64,000 nucleotides of DNA, from assembly GCA_964057225.1 (NCBI GenBank), contig OZ059898.1, forward strand, positions 8,556,001 to 8,620,000. Direction: 5' to 3'. Below are positions 40,801 to 53,400 of this stretch, piece after piece. Under the pieces are notes generated by a model that worked only from the letters and a program-made list of their open reading frames with translations, did no database searches and was not told the DNA's origin. This DNA is from Auanema rhodensis (Eukaryota; Animalia; Nematoda). Position 1 is the stretch's first letter, and the number at the start of each line of letters is the position of its first letter. The translations under genes and the position numbers were made by a program.

Positions 40801-43800
40801 ATTCCATGAAACCTGAAATAGTTACATACACTATTCCATAAATATGATTATATAGTTTTTATATATACAGTCATGTGCGATAAAAGTCTGACACCCCTAT
40901 GTTAGGGGCCCAAAAAAAAATTTCAATTTCAGGTTCAAGTATCTTCATATCGATTAAAATTCAAGATAAAATGATGAAAACTGAATTTTTGTTAAATTAT
41001 TAAAGTTTAAATTTGAATATATTAATTTTTTCGATGTTTTTGCATATATAAATTTTTTAAATTAAGATGGTTAGAGGCAAGAAAACAACCCCTAAAATTT
41101 GTTCAAGCATTTTGATCATGAAAAGCAAAGGAATCAGCATAAGAAAGATAAGGGAACGAAAAACAACCCAGGGACAAGATAATATGATGGTGAGGCTTGT
41201 ACAACGACATCCTGACATGACATTATCCGAGTTAAGCCAGCATATTTTTCGAATGTTCAAGATTCAGCTTCATCCCTCAAACGTAAGAAGAAGATTGGCC
41301 GCAAGAATTCTAAGAGCTCGTGTACCAGCTCGTAAGCCTCTTATATCAGTTACGAACAGGCTGAAAAGAATTCAATTTGCTCGGGAGCATTTGAATTGGA
41401 CGTATCAAGATTGGTCGTCAGTCATATTTACCGACGAAAGCAAATTTTGCATATTTGGTAATGACGAACCAGGATTCATCAGAAGACCTGTGAGCCAGCG
41501 CTACAACCCCAAGTTTATGAGGCCAACTGTGAAGCATGGTGGAGGAAAAGTCATGGTCTGGGGCTGCTTTTGTTCCACCAAAGCCCAATTTCCAATCGCC
41601 AGATCTCAACCCGATCGAACATCTTTGGAGAGAACTTGGTCGACGTGCTGCTAAATTCTCTTGTTCGAACAAGGATGAGAAGTTCAGAGTCCTACGGACC
41701 CTATGGAGAGAAATTTCGCCGAAAATTCTGAAGAAGCTCGTGGAATCAATGCCAAGAAGACTTCAAGCTGTGATCGATAATTTTGGGTACCCTACAAAAT
41801 ATTAATAAACTTGTTCTTTATTTTTTTTAAGTTCATTTTTTGATTCTATAGTGTTTTTCAACACTTCTACTATTTTTTTCGATTTTTTTGTAGTTTGCTT
41901 CAAAAGATACAGGGGTTTCTAGTAGGTGTCCGACTTTCATCGCACATGACTGTATTTATACTATAATTATATAAAGAACAGCTAAAAATACTTATAGACA
42001 TATTATTTATATAAATAAAAGTTTAACAACCGTTTTGTGATATGCAACAATCAGAATAATTGTTTCACGTGAATGTCACGTGAACTTCACGTTAACCTTA
42101 AAAAAATATTCAAATGTACCTCAATGTTGTCATTCAAGACAATTGGAACAATTCTTCGATATAATCTCTCATATTTGGTTATATGTTTTGATAAAATTAT
42201 GATTTTCTATAATTAAAAAGTATTATTCTTTAAATTATTCTTCATATACCTGATTAACAGGAAAACATCTAACAAGTTCAAGAACATCGTTTGAAGCTTG
42301 CTCAAGATGAGTTAGAACAAGTATAAGTTCAGGTTGAATATCTTTTTCATGATCAAACCTTAATTATGTGTTCAATAACATGTACTGTAATATGTTAATT
42401 ACATGTGAATTTGAGCTGCTTCTATATAACTTAATATATCTTCACGTTTTGTTTTATTATTAATATTTATATTTAGAATACATTCTCTTAAAATTTCAAA
42501 TTATTCCTATTTTTAGTTGAAGGCTACTTACGATTTTTCGCGACAAAGTCGTGATATTATTTCTAAAAACTGGAAATATTCGGCTGATTTTTGAATAATA
42601 AGCAAAGGTATAAATTTATTTTCATATACTTTCTAAAATAAAATTTATAATAATAATAAAATAAATTTTTAAATATTACCTGACTTACAAAAAGAAGAAA
42701 TTTCATCCAAGGGCTTATTTCTTCATCCTGAATATTTATATCAGCTATATTAGCAGGTTCAAGACTTCTCATAGCATCAATTGAAACATTCTTTAATATT
42801 AATTTATAAAAATAAAAAATAAATTATTATTTTCTAACCATATAAACATATATATTTTTTAATAATTTCCATTCCATTAAGCTATTTAAACTTATACTCA
42901 AAATCAGCTTATCAAATGATGAATTAGGTAAAACTTTGCGAAATATAGCAATTCTTTGATATATAACTTGACGATAAAATAAAGAAATTTTTGAATTTTC
43001 GAAATGATTTTCTAATGTTGAAACAAACTGTTCAGATGATTCATAATGAACATGACACTGTAATTTAATTTAATTGTGAATTATAACTAGAAAAACAAAC
43101 AAAAAACCTTTTGAACTTCTACAAGAATTGAAGGAAATCGCCGTAATTTCTCTGGTACACTATCTGATTCCACAATAATTCTGATATTATTTTTATATTT
43201 TTGATATATTAAATTTGTTCCAGGAGACAACTTAATAAAACTTTTTTATAAAAAATATTAAAATTTATAGAAATTAACTGTATTATTCATAAGTCCACAT
43301 ATCCAATTTAAAATATTATCATCATAGCTACTATCAAAAATAAGCCAACTTATTTGATTTTCGTTGAAATTTGCTCTCTAAAATATATTATTTAGACAAT
43401 AATAATAATAATTTTAGATTTGAACTTTGTAAAAATCTTCCCAAGATCCAGAAAAATGATGTATTGTTGATGATGGATTCTTTTTACCGTATGCTTCGAC
43501 AGCTTTTTGAATAATATACGATTTTCCAGATAAACATTTACCATAAACGGTTACAATTTTTTCAATTTCAATAAGATTAATAATCTTAATAATTATTATT
43601 TTTAATATATTTAATAATTATATCAATACAAACCTCATCAATTTTTCTTAAACTATATGAAGTTACTTCTGTATTGACTTCTGTACATATTCGCCTGGAA
43701 ACTGGTAGAAGACCTGATCCTAATGCATAAATCTGAATCAATTAGTTGATTTTGAAAAATGAAAACCAATCATTTCCTGAATATTCACTAAATCTTACAG

Positions 43801-46800
43801 AATTTGGAAAATTAGAAAAGCAATATAGCTTAATAGCTGTATCAACGGCTTCACTTTCTAGAAACCCTTTAGAATCACGAAGATATATTGCTTTTAAAAG
43901 TAGTTTTTCAGCTGTATTATCGGTGACAGTCCAAATTACATCAGTATTATGAAATATAAAAAACGCTTCTGTCAAGAAAACCCATACTCTATCTGATAAT
44001 CTAAAAACAAGATTGTAATATCGAAATTAGTGAAAATGAGAAATATTTCAGATCTTACCTTTCAAAATCTTCAAAATTATAAAAACGAAACAATTTTTGA
44101 AAGAATTCTCTAGAATATTTAGATTGTTTCAAGAATCTTTGTGATTGAGATGTATTATAGTGTGATTCTCTTAAGATTATTATATAAAGTTTGTGAATAA
44201 ATTTTGATTACATACATTGTTTTATTTCCAAATAAATGAACTAATAAAGTGGATGAGTTGACCATATGTTCAGATTCCAGAAAATATTTGAAATTTCCTT
44301 TAAAATAATATATAAAATACTTTAAACTATATGTTTATTATACCTGTCTGAGCTGCTATTTCAATATCTGAAGCTATATTTGACCATTCACTTATATCAG
44401 ATGTTGTATTGTTTGTAACAATAAAAGCTACAGCACCCAAAACTAGACATCCTTGCAATTGATTTAAACTATTCCTAATTCAAATAAAGATTATAACAAA
44501 TTAATAATATTAATAGTAATAATATAAGCAAAACTTACTCTGATTTATTGGGTTGAAGTTGAACTAATGGTCTACCCATAACATTACTTATTGAAGTCAT
44601 TAATATAGACGATGATTCCAATTTATTATTATAAATCTCAATTGGTAATCCATAATGATCCCATATTATAAGATTTCTAATAAATAATTAAAACTATAAA
44701 AAAAACTTTTGTTAATAACTTCTTACTTGATTTCTTGTTCACATTCTAAATGTCTTACAGACCAATAAGATGATAATTCATAATCAAATCGTGTAGAAAC
44801 TTCATGAAATCGAACAAATAAATTATCCAAATTCCAATAATATCTTATCTATAATAATAAAATTTAAAAAAAACCTCAAGCCTTCTGAATTCTATTATCA
44901 CCTGACTACTCCAAATTGGATTATCAGAGAATATAACATTATTGGTTAAAAATGTTTCAATTGTATATAAAGCTGAAAAACAAATTTTAAAATTAAATAT
45001 ATTTATATAATAATAATCTTATTAACTTGATATTAAGATATATCCAATATTTCTATATAAATCATTTGAATAATTTTCTTGAGCAGCTATTCGATAAACT
45101 TTCAAAGCATCATCAATTTCTTCTTTTAAAGCCTAAATTTTGAAAGAAAACTTGTTAAAATATGAAAAAATAAATTGAAAACATACTAATAATTGACTTT
45201 TTCTCATAGAACTTTCAACTTTATATGTCATTGTGACACGAAAATATAAAATTATTATTTGAGGAATATATTCTGTAACCTCATGTGGTTTAATAATTTG
45301 ATAATTATATTTCTCAATAATTTCCTTAAAATTATATATATTTAATAATATTAATATATTATATACAAACCTTTAAACGAATTCTAATAGTTCTTTTAAC
45401 CTCAGCATCTAATTCTGAAAGCCATTTCTCAACATGTCTCTGGAAATGCATAACAATGATTTTTGAAAATATGAGGTCTGCGCAAAAGTTTCTGGCTAAC
45501 CAACTTGATAGTCGGAAAAATTGTTTTGTTGGGTAACTCTTCAAATATAAAGAAAAGGTTGAAGCCTTCATCACCTGCTTTTCCAATATAAAGCGTTTTT
45601 TAAAAAAGATATAAGAAAATTGGTTGAGAATTAACAGAAAGCCTTGGATAATGAAGGGGGAATACTTTTAAAAAGTTTCTGCACACAAGTTTCAAAAATA
45701 TGAGGTGAATGTGTGTGAGTGGAAGAAGGGCCAGAAACTACACCTAATATAATATTTATCCATTACCTTAGACCAATTAAGGTTTACAGGCTTATCAAGT
45801 AATAATATATCTTTTCCAATAGTTGTTGAAGCAATTTGACCTCTGAAATCATTTTCAATCATATGGCTTTTAAGAAAAGAAGATACCGTCTACTTATCTC
45901 GAAATTTGTAATATTAGTAAATAATTCAGAAAGAAACGGACGAACGGCAGCTGGACTTTGAGCAATAGAGAGAAGTTCTAACAACTGAGTATCGGACAAT
46001 AGATAAAATCTTTAAAAAAATTTCATAAAACTTAAAATATTTGTGAATTTGTAAAAAACCTCGGAAATATGATTCGTTTCCGTATAATAAATGTTTGAAA
46101 TCCAGCCTCAAGGAGATGAAATTCATTTGCAATTTCTTGAAGTTGTTTTATAGAACTATTAAGAATATGAAGCATTTTCATGAAAGGCTTATCTGTTGTC
46201 TAAAAATAAAAATATATTGTAGGTAAACTAATTGATTCAAACCAAATCTGCTAGAAGTTTCTCCCAACTGACAGCAGTTTCCTTATAAATTTTATATTCA
46301 TCTGGAAGTTGGAATGCCATCTCATCAGTACTGAACACTCCTTCAATTGTTCTCCATCTAGTTGAACACTGTTAATCAAATTATAAAATATAATGGGGAA
46401 AATATAAACTTTATAGAAAAGAGAGATAAGATTTCTTAAACATTTTAAGGTTGAGAGCCATTCTTCTAATTCAGCCATTAAAGCTTTAGCTGCCGGTAAA
46501 CCGATTAGATGATGAGTTTTAGCTGAAACACAAAATAATAAATTATAAATTACTTATTAAAATACTTACAAATTTGAAAGTTAAGAAGATGGCTCTGTTC
46601 AGTTGTAAGTAATAAATTATTTTTCTGAAATGAAAATACTTTTATCATATAAGTTATTGTAACTGTACTTTGGCGAAGCAAACAGATTGCCAGCGAAGCA
46701 TCATTCTCTCAATTTCTTGTTCAATTTCTTGTTCCTAATCAAGTTATAAATAAAATTACTTTTAAACTTATTAAACTTACTTTTAGAGCTAAAGCATTAA

Positions 46801-49800
46801 CTTCTTTTATTATCGCAACTTTTTCAATAAGATGTAAATCTAATAAATCAACCACCATTGGATTAGATGGTAATGCCATTTGAGATCCACCTTCTTGTAA
46901 TATCTGTAATATTTATAAATTAGTTATATACATATAGTATATATAATATTACTTCTTTCCAATGTCTTTCTTTCATTCCTTTATTGCGTAATGCTTTCAA
47001 AATAGGTAATACATTTATAAATTTATCTAAAACTGTTTTCATCTATAATATTAATTATTATATAATATAAATTATTCAATTTATATTAAACCTTATTTAA
47101 TATATCATTATATAGAGTTACTTCATCATCATTTTGAAGACAATTATGTGCTTTAGATATTACAGTATCCTGAGATTGGAATAGTTTTTCAGTTCGTTCG
47201 GATACATCAATATCTTCCAAATCAACCACATGAACTAAATAAAATGTTTAAATAAATAAAAATAATTATAATATGTATACCTCTCATGATTGTATCATCA
47301 TGTAATAATACTTTATAATGTAAAGCTGCTAATTCATACCAAAAGAATAAACGACGATGTAAAAGATCAACATCATATACTAAAGGAACCAATTGTAGAA
47401 TTTGACGTTGATTTGATAAGACTAGTTCAGCTTTTCGTAGATCATCTATTTTCTGTTTAAGAATACGCAAACGATTGCTAGTCTTCAGAACATCAGATAT
47501 ACGGCGAGCTGTACGATATGATTTAAGAATCACTAGTAATTCAGCTAGTAATTCAGATAATTCTTTGTTGTGAGCAGAAGTGACATCAGAAATCTGCATG
47601 TAGTCAGAAATAAATTGAAGTATCATATAGCATCATCGTGCATACCTTTGATGTTATCCATTCTTTTTGGCTTTCAATTCGACTCCAAGTATATTGAAGC
47701 ATGATATGAAGATTATAACCTAACCGAGAAATTTCATAATAGTTTTGGACTTGTTCATCTTAAATCAGCAGTACTCAATAATTCCATAAATAGTTACAAC
47801 TAACTGGTTAAGGAAACAAAACTCCAAACATGTGTATATACTAGATGAGCTTCTTCAATCATTCGGTTTATATTTGGAAGTTCTTTTTGAACTTCCAAAA
47901 CAAATCGTAATTGTGTTAAGACATCATGTTCAACAATCTTCTCCGAACATTCTGAGAATAATTGACGAATTCTAAATAAAAACTGAGATTCTTAAAAAAT
48001 TCCAACTATTTGAGTTAATACTTGTCATTTTCAGTTGATTGTTTAGCCAGTATTTGATCTCGACAAGTGAAAAGTACTGTATTAACATCATTCATTAATG
48101 TATCCTTGAGTTCACGTTGATCTAAAACAATTCGTCCATCTTTTACCCGATCTTTTATACTTTTAACATCATCTTTTAAAGTAATAAAAGTTGTCATCAT
48201 CTGAAATAAATCTTCATCAATATTATAAGTCAATTCAACCAAAAAACCTCAAAATAAGAAGTAATAGGCAATGAATTATGATCTAATGTTTGAAATTTTT
48301 CTTCAAATTCCTTTATATTTCTCAATGTTCTCTCAGTTTCATGTGGTGTTTCTTCGTATTCAAAAAACTAAAAAAAAAACAAAAAAAAATAAATTAATAT
48401 ATTTTTTGTGCCTTGATTCCTTGAATCCATTGAGTTACATCTATCCTAGATTGTGTGGGGAGTTTGGGAAACATTTTAGTTTCTATCCTTGGCACTAAAT
48501 CATGGTTCTATATATAATTATCATAGTTTTACACATACTATTAGCCATTTTCAGAAAAAGTTTAGCAGTATCGAGTAAAGTGCAGGTTGAACTTTTCTTA
48601 GTTCTTACTGGTATAATCAATGTAGTAATAGTATCGAAAGGGGTCTAAAAATAATGTTGTAATGTTCATTGTTTAACAAGAAATAAATACATTTTTTTGG
48701 ATAAAAGTATAGTAATTTCTCAAGTTTGTTTCAATTACTGTTGATAATAGTCCTGCCATTGTCATTGCTACACCTTCAAAATGTTTCCTATAACTAGCCT
48801 AATTGTAGCGGTTATTAATTATTATAAAGTTAGTTATTCACTTAACCCCTTACATATATAATTATCATTTTGGTTCTTTTTTATTATTCCCCCTCAGCTA
48901 GGCTCCGCCCATTCTGCCGATTCACGAAGAACTTTAACCCCAATGGGAAGAAGTAAAAGGTTGTTTTTTAAAAGGGTTGTAAAAGGCTTTCAAGGGGCGG
49001 AGCCTAGCGAGGAGGGGGGAATAATAAAAAAGAGCCATCATTTTTATATAATTTTGATGAAAACTAATTTACCTTGAGCTATCATCTGGTATCCAAGCAT
49101 TAGAGTTACAATCCAATACAATTCGAGCAGCACTAATAGGCCATCTGATATACTCTTACTTATATTAAAATTAAGAAAAAAAAATAAAAAAAAAATATAT
49201 ATATATATATATTCTTACTTATATTCCAATATACTATGAGTATTTTCGACAAATTTAAGTATAGCTTCGTACATATTTTCTAGATATTGTGGTTTCATAT
49301 TACTAAAGAAATTACAAAAATTAAATAATAGCAGATCGTGATAGTTTTTCCAAAAATCAGTTGTGATTAAAATACGAATTTTGTTTAATTGTTCAAATTG
49401 CTGAAAGTTATCTTTCATTCGATTTCAAAAAAAAGTTTGTTACTTGATTATTTTGTTCGGTTACTAAGCCTTTCCACGGTGGATATCCCTTATATTGAGG
49501 ACTAAAAATAAATATGATTCATTATAAAACAATAAATTCAATTACAATTTATCAAATCTTAAAGCACGATAATCTCGTTCAGCTTGTTGTGTCCATTGAA
49601 ACCATAATTTTCTTAATCTACAGAAAATATTGTATTCTTCTTCTTCGGAATAGCATATTCTGCATAAGATTTCTAAATATATTTATACTTCATTCATATT
49701 TGTTATAGTTTTCATGCATACTTTGATGCTGAGATTCCCAAGCAGGGTATTCAGCATATGGCCCCGTCAAATTAAAAAGTGTCAGATCTTCAATACAACT

Positions 49801-50179
49801 CGGAATGGAATGTTCATTTAATAATCTTTTTCTAAATTACCACGAAAGTGCATTTGCTTGATTTCTAACAAACCTTTGGGAGCGAGGTGTTTCAATTGGA
49901 ACCTTTCGTCTTAAGGCTAATCCACGTAACTCTTCAATTTCATTTTTTTGAATTATATAAATGTCATCTATTTTTTTGACAATTTTTCCTTGGTGAGCAT
50001 GCTGAACTGAAAAAAAAACAACTTTTTTTTAAATTGATAAAAATACCTGTTCTCTCAGTTCTAAAAGGGAGATAATTTTTTAATATTCTACAATTAAGCT
50101 GATGAGCTTTCGGATTGTACAATTTGCCGAAGCCATTAGTTGACAAAATGAATGAATATGTATCCATAGCATATAGCAT
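31848..50179 (-). CDS. dhc-3: Highly divergent axonemal-type dynein heavy chain (dhc-3-like), many small exons; start approximate
   Basis: Conserved stalk/MTBD DLADAIPALEAAIESLETLNQNDISALKTMRFPPYGVRLCMEAVCILLG...FDPEVVKQCSLAAEGLSLWINAIEMYHRISKIVEPKKEKL...RAERLVSAL (38100-39370); LKALRNKGMKERHW (linker region); WSSQIRYYW before AAA1; C-terminal HWKLRG; stop 31848-31850. Confidence 0.85.
35935..36690 (+). pseudogene. Merlin/ISXO2-like transposase N-terminal zinc-ribbon fragment interrupted by the mariner
   Basis: Removing the mariner and one TA restores FQSYNILSEEKMCCTENMKFM...RFRCRRCKKEKSLKSSTFLEG, resembling the Merlin C..C...RC..C.K..S....TFFE motif. Confidence 0.5.
35957..36553 (+). mobile_element. 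Internally deleted mariner element (597 bp)
   Basis: Perfect 26-bp TIRs TTAGGTGGTTGCATTGTTCCCCTGCC with TA on both sides; HTH segment VYGDSSPSYTTCKKWFSRFRAGQFDLQDCPRPG joined to HPPYSPDLAPTDFHLF, so most of the catalytic core is deleted. Confidence 0.93.
36720..37785 (+). mobile_element. Degenerate Tc1/mariner element, DD37D (maT)-like; left end lost
   Basis: HTH ...KLNRRTVEKIIKQY...GRPRTT, then stop/frameshifts, then VLWTDEKIFTVE...NSQNHR and SVIVWA; probable right TIR ...TTTTTTGCACATCACTG followed by TA at 37786-37787. Confidence 0.8.
40868..41952 (+). mobile_element. Tc1-like element (1,085 bp) with deleted, frameshifted transposase, in a dynein intron
   Basis: 28-bp TIRs CAGTCATGTGCGATAAAAGTCTGACACC (2 mismatches) with TA flanks; motifs RKPL, FTDESKF, TVKHGGGKVMVWGCF, SPDLNPIEHLW, SMPRR, GYPTKY; the middle-Asp region is missing. 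Confidence 0.95.
45472..45747. mobile_element. Possible degenerate mariner-type MITE in a dynein intron
   Basis: TA-TGAGGTCTGCGCAAAAGTTTCTGGC at left and GCCAGAAACTACACCTAA-TA at right form an imperfect inverted pair with an indel; the element fills most of an otherwise short intron. Confidence 0.4.
48872..49036. mobile_element. MITE with GG...CC ends and 8-bp TSD (Merlin-type)
   Basis: ~40-bp imperfect TIRs GGTTCTTTTTTATTATTCCCC...GCTAGGCTCCGCCC / GGGCGGAGCCTAGC...GGGGAATAATAAAAAAGAGCC; ATCATTTT duplicated at 48864-48871 and 49037-49044. Confidence 0.8.
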
Positions 50180-50468
50180 AAAGCTTGAAATTCGAACGAC
50201 AGCTTGTGGAGCAAGCTTGTGGAGGTCACGCTTTCACCATATCCGGCAACGTTAATTGCTAAATCTAGCAGAAAATTAACTGAATATTGATTCGTTTTAA
50301 TTTTCAAACTTCATTCAGTAACATGTATTATTTACAACAAAATGTACAAAACAATTTTTTGAATTGTGATTCAATCGAATCGAACAAATATCTTTCTAAG
50401 AAAATATAAACATAAGATTTTTAAAATCCAAAATTGTCAATTATCAAATGCATAAAGAGCCTCCAATA

Positions 50469-52784
50469 TTAAGGTAAATTTGGAGGCATTGGAATAACAC
50501 CAACTCCTACACCCCCTTCATGGCACAGCATTTGAGGTCCCAGAGTCCATTCATCAGTTTCTTCGTTATACACTTCCATTGACGATAAGTTTGAAGTTCC
50601 GTCATATCTGGAAAAAAAAACTATTTTAGGTCAAAAATAGATATATCTCCTTACCCGGCAATTGCGTAAAGATTATTTGCATTAGTTACAACTGATACTC
50701 GACTGCGTTTAATTTTCATTGGAGTCACTGGAGTCCATTTATTAGTTACAGGATCAAAGCATTCAACACTGTTCAAAAATTGAGATCCGTCATACCTTCA
50801 AAATTTGTTTTTATTATATAAACACTAGTAAACAACTAACCCCCCGCAAACATAAATTTTTCCTCCCATAACAGATGATCCAAGACGACATCGTCTGGTA
50901 AGCATGGGTACTGCACTTTCCCAAACTCCTTTTTCTACGCAATACCTTTCAACACTATTGAAAATACACATTCCATCATGGCCTCCCAAAACTAAAAAAA
51001 AAAATCATATGAACAACAAAATCATATTAATACCATAAAGATAACCATCCAGAACGACCACACCTGCAGCGCTTCTTTGTTTTGTCATGGGAGGCCCAAG
51101 ACTCCACTCATCTTTCTCAGGATCATAGATCTAGAAAGTACCTAGACGTGAAAAAATCGAACACAACAATTATACCTCAATAGTTGCTAAAGACGTTATC
51201 CCATCATAACCTCCACAAACATATAATTTTCCATGTAGGAAAGCAGCTCCCAGAGCTGAACGTTTATATTCTAATGAAGAACACTGTAATCGCAATTGAA
51301 CAGAAGCAATTTCTACATAAGTACCTTCTTCCACTCATTTTTGTTATAATCATATGCTTCTACAGTTGTAAGTCTATCACTTCCATTGAAACCACCAATA
51401 GCATAAACTTTCTTATCGTAAACTGCTACACCAACGCGGCAGCGTAAATTTGGCATGGCCTTCACAGATGTCCACTTTTTAGTATAAGGATCAAACATTT
51501 CTACAGCAGATGAGCTACCGCCAACAACCAATCCACCTTAAACATTAATATACGTCATAAAAAGCACAAACAAACAAAACCTATAGCAAAAATAAGACCG
51601 GGAACATCCGCACAGCATCTCGACTTAACTCTAAAAGATTTTGATTGAATTCTCCTTTCTGGTATCAAATGATAATCCTTGGCTTCATCAACCTAAGACA
51701 TAAAATCTTATACTGCTTATTTTTAAAAACACACCAAATCGCGGCAAGCCAAATCAGCCTTAATCAAATGATGATTTGCTACTCTATCAGTAAGAAAAGA
51801 AGGTTTCAGTAGATGCAAACGAACACAAGATAACAGTCTGTAAACGAAAAAATATATTGTTTGTTGTCACAAAAACGACCTTGATAAATGTTTTCTTCTA
51901 TTGTTATCAAATTGAATCCATTTCAAAGCTGCTTCAAATATATCTTCTTCAGAATCTACGTATAAATTGTCGCGACATAGAATATTTTCAAGTTCATCAA
52001 CGGATAAATTAACAAAATCATCACTTCTTAAAACCGACAAAAAATATTTTTGAATATAGCTATCGGCTACATTCAATATGAATCTAAACATGATGTTTCT
52101 GGTTTGTAGTTTTGATACAACTTACTTGCTTCCTAAGTAGGAACAAAACGTGCGAATGGATAAAGCATTACTAGGATGTAAACGTGCTAAAAGGAATGAG
52201 GCACAATCTTCAACAACATCTTCTAATTGTAAAAAATTTGCAGCTATCATTAAGTTCTGAACATTTCCAGCAGAAATTTTTAGTTCTCCAGTATAAGCAA
52301 AATCAACCATCTGTTCCATGGTATCCCATGATATTTCTATACATAGTCAACATTGAAACTATTGATATAAGTTTTCAGTTACGTTTTATATTAACTTCTC
52401 TCTGGTTTGCTTCTAGCATATCAGTTGTAAACATTGCACGAAAATAAGGGATAGAAGCTGATAAAACAACCTTAATCAAATACAATAATTTTACAGATAC
52501 AAAAAATCGACAACCTTGTGGGCGCTTATAGCACCACCATCTGATATAATTGATATATCACACAACTCTCCAGATCTACGGATATCATTTAAATTAGCGA
52601 AAGCCTAACAATAATAACTATGTAACAGTTTTAAAGTTATTTCACTTACTTTAGAAAACATTTTATTTTTGTGAGATACAAGAACTATATCATCATCCTC
52701 TGTACATATGGAAATACGAGAAGCTAAATAACATATATTTTTTCAAGAAATAACTTCTTAATTACGTTCACTTGAATAAGCCAT
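50469..52784 (-). CDS. kel-3: BTB-BACK-kelch protein, KLHL18-like (multi-exon)
   Basis: LCDISI...[32 protein letters not shown], kelch repeats ([29 protein letters not shown]), C-terminal [12 protein letters not shown]; stop 50469-50471. Confidence 0.9.
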
Positions 52785-52829
52785 TATATGTAGGAAAAAC
52801 GATTATGAGTGCAATTTTATACCATAACT

Positions 52830-53390
52830 GAAAATATTAGAGAGCATTGAATTTAAAATGATTTGCTTATATATATATATTTATATCAGCAACATTAAAC
52901 GAAAATATTTTTTTCCAACCGTTCAGTGCAAGAAACCATTACGAAATGACCGCATTAAGATGAAAAATGAGACCCACATTAACATGGTAAAACAAAATTC
53001 ATAAAAATTGTCTATTGCAATATACTAATTACAATATGATTGGGCAATATTCCTAATAGCTTACAGATATGGACTGAGCAGCTCATGAGCTTCTGTTCCT
53101 CTTGCACTGAGTTTAAGCCAAGCGGTCCTTGACGCGTGTTCTACGTGCTTACTATGCCCCCTAGCATTTTATGCTAATTAGCATTGTTCAATTAGCATGT
53201 GTGTTTCAAAGTTGTTGATTGCGAAATTCGAAATTTTGAATTATTTTTTATTGTTATAATTTCCGTACGCGTTTATGTTTCTACAAATTTTTATTCCAAA
53301 AAAATATTGATTTGATTTTCATGGACGCCTTTTCCATGTTTTTTTTTTGTTTTAGGCATAATTTGTTGAAGTATTTAATTTTTAAGTTGC
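52830..53390. promoter_or_regulatory. Probable bidirectional promoter between the kelch gene and syntaxin-16
   Basis: Head-to-head start codons ~615 bp apart, each preceded by an AG acceptor; central GC-richer patch with palindrome ATGCTAATTAGCAT (53171-53184). Confidence 0.55.
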
Positions 53391-53400
53391 AGAACACGTC

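Noticed and set aside
50190-50350. X-box (DAF-19/RFX) upstream of the dynein-like gene
   Set aside because: Only a GGCAAC half-site is present; no full 14-bp match.
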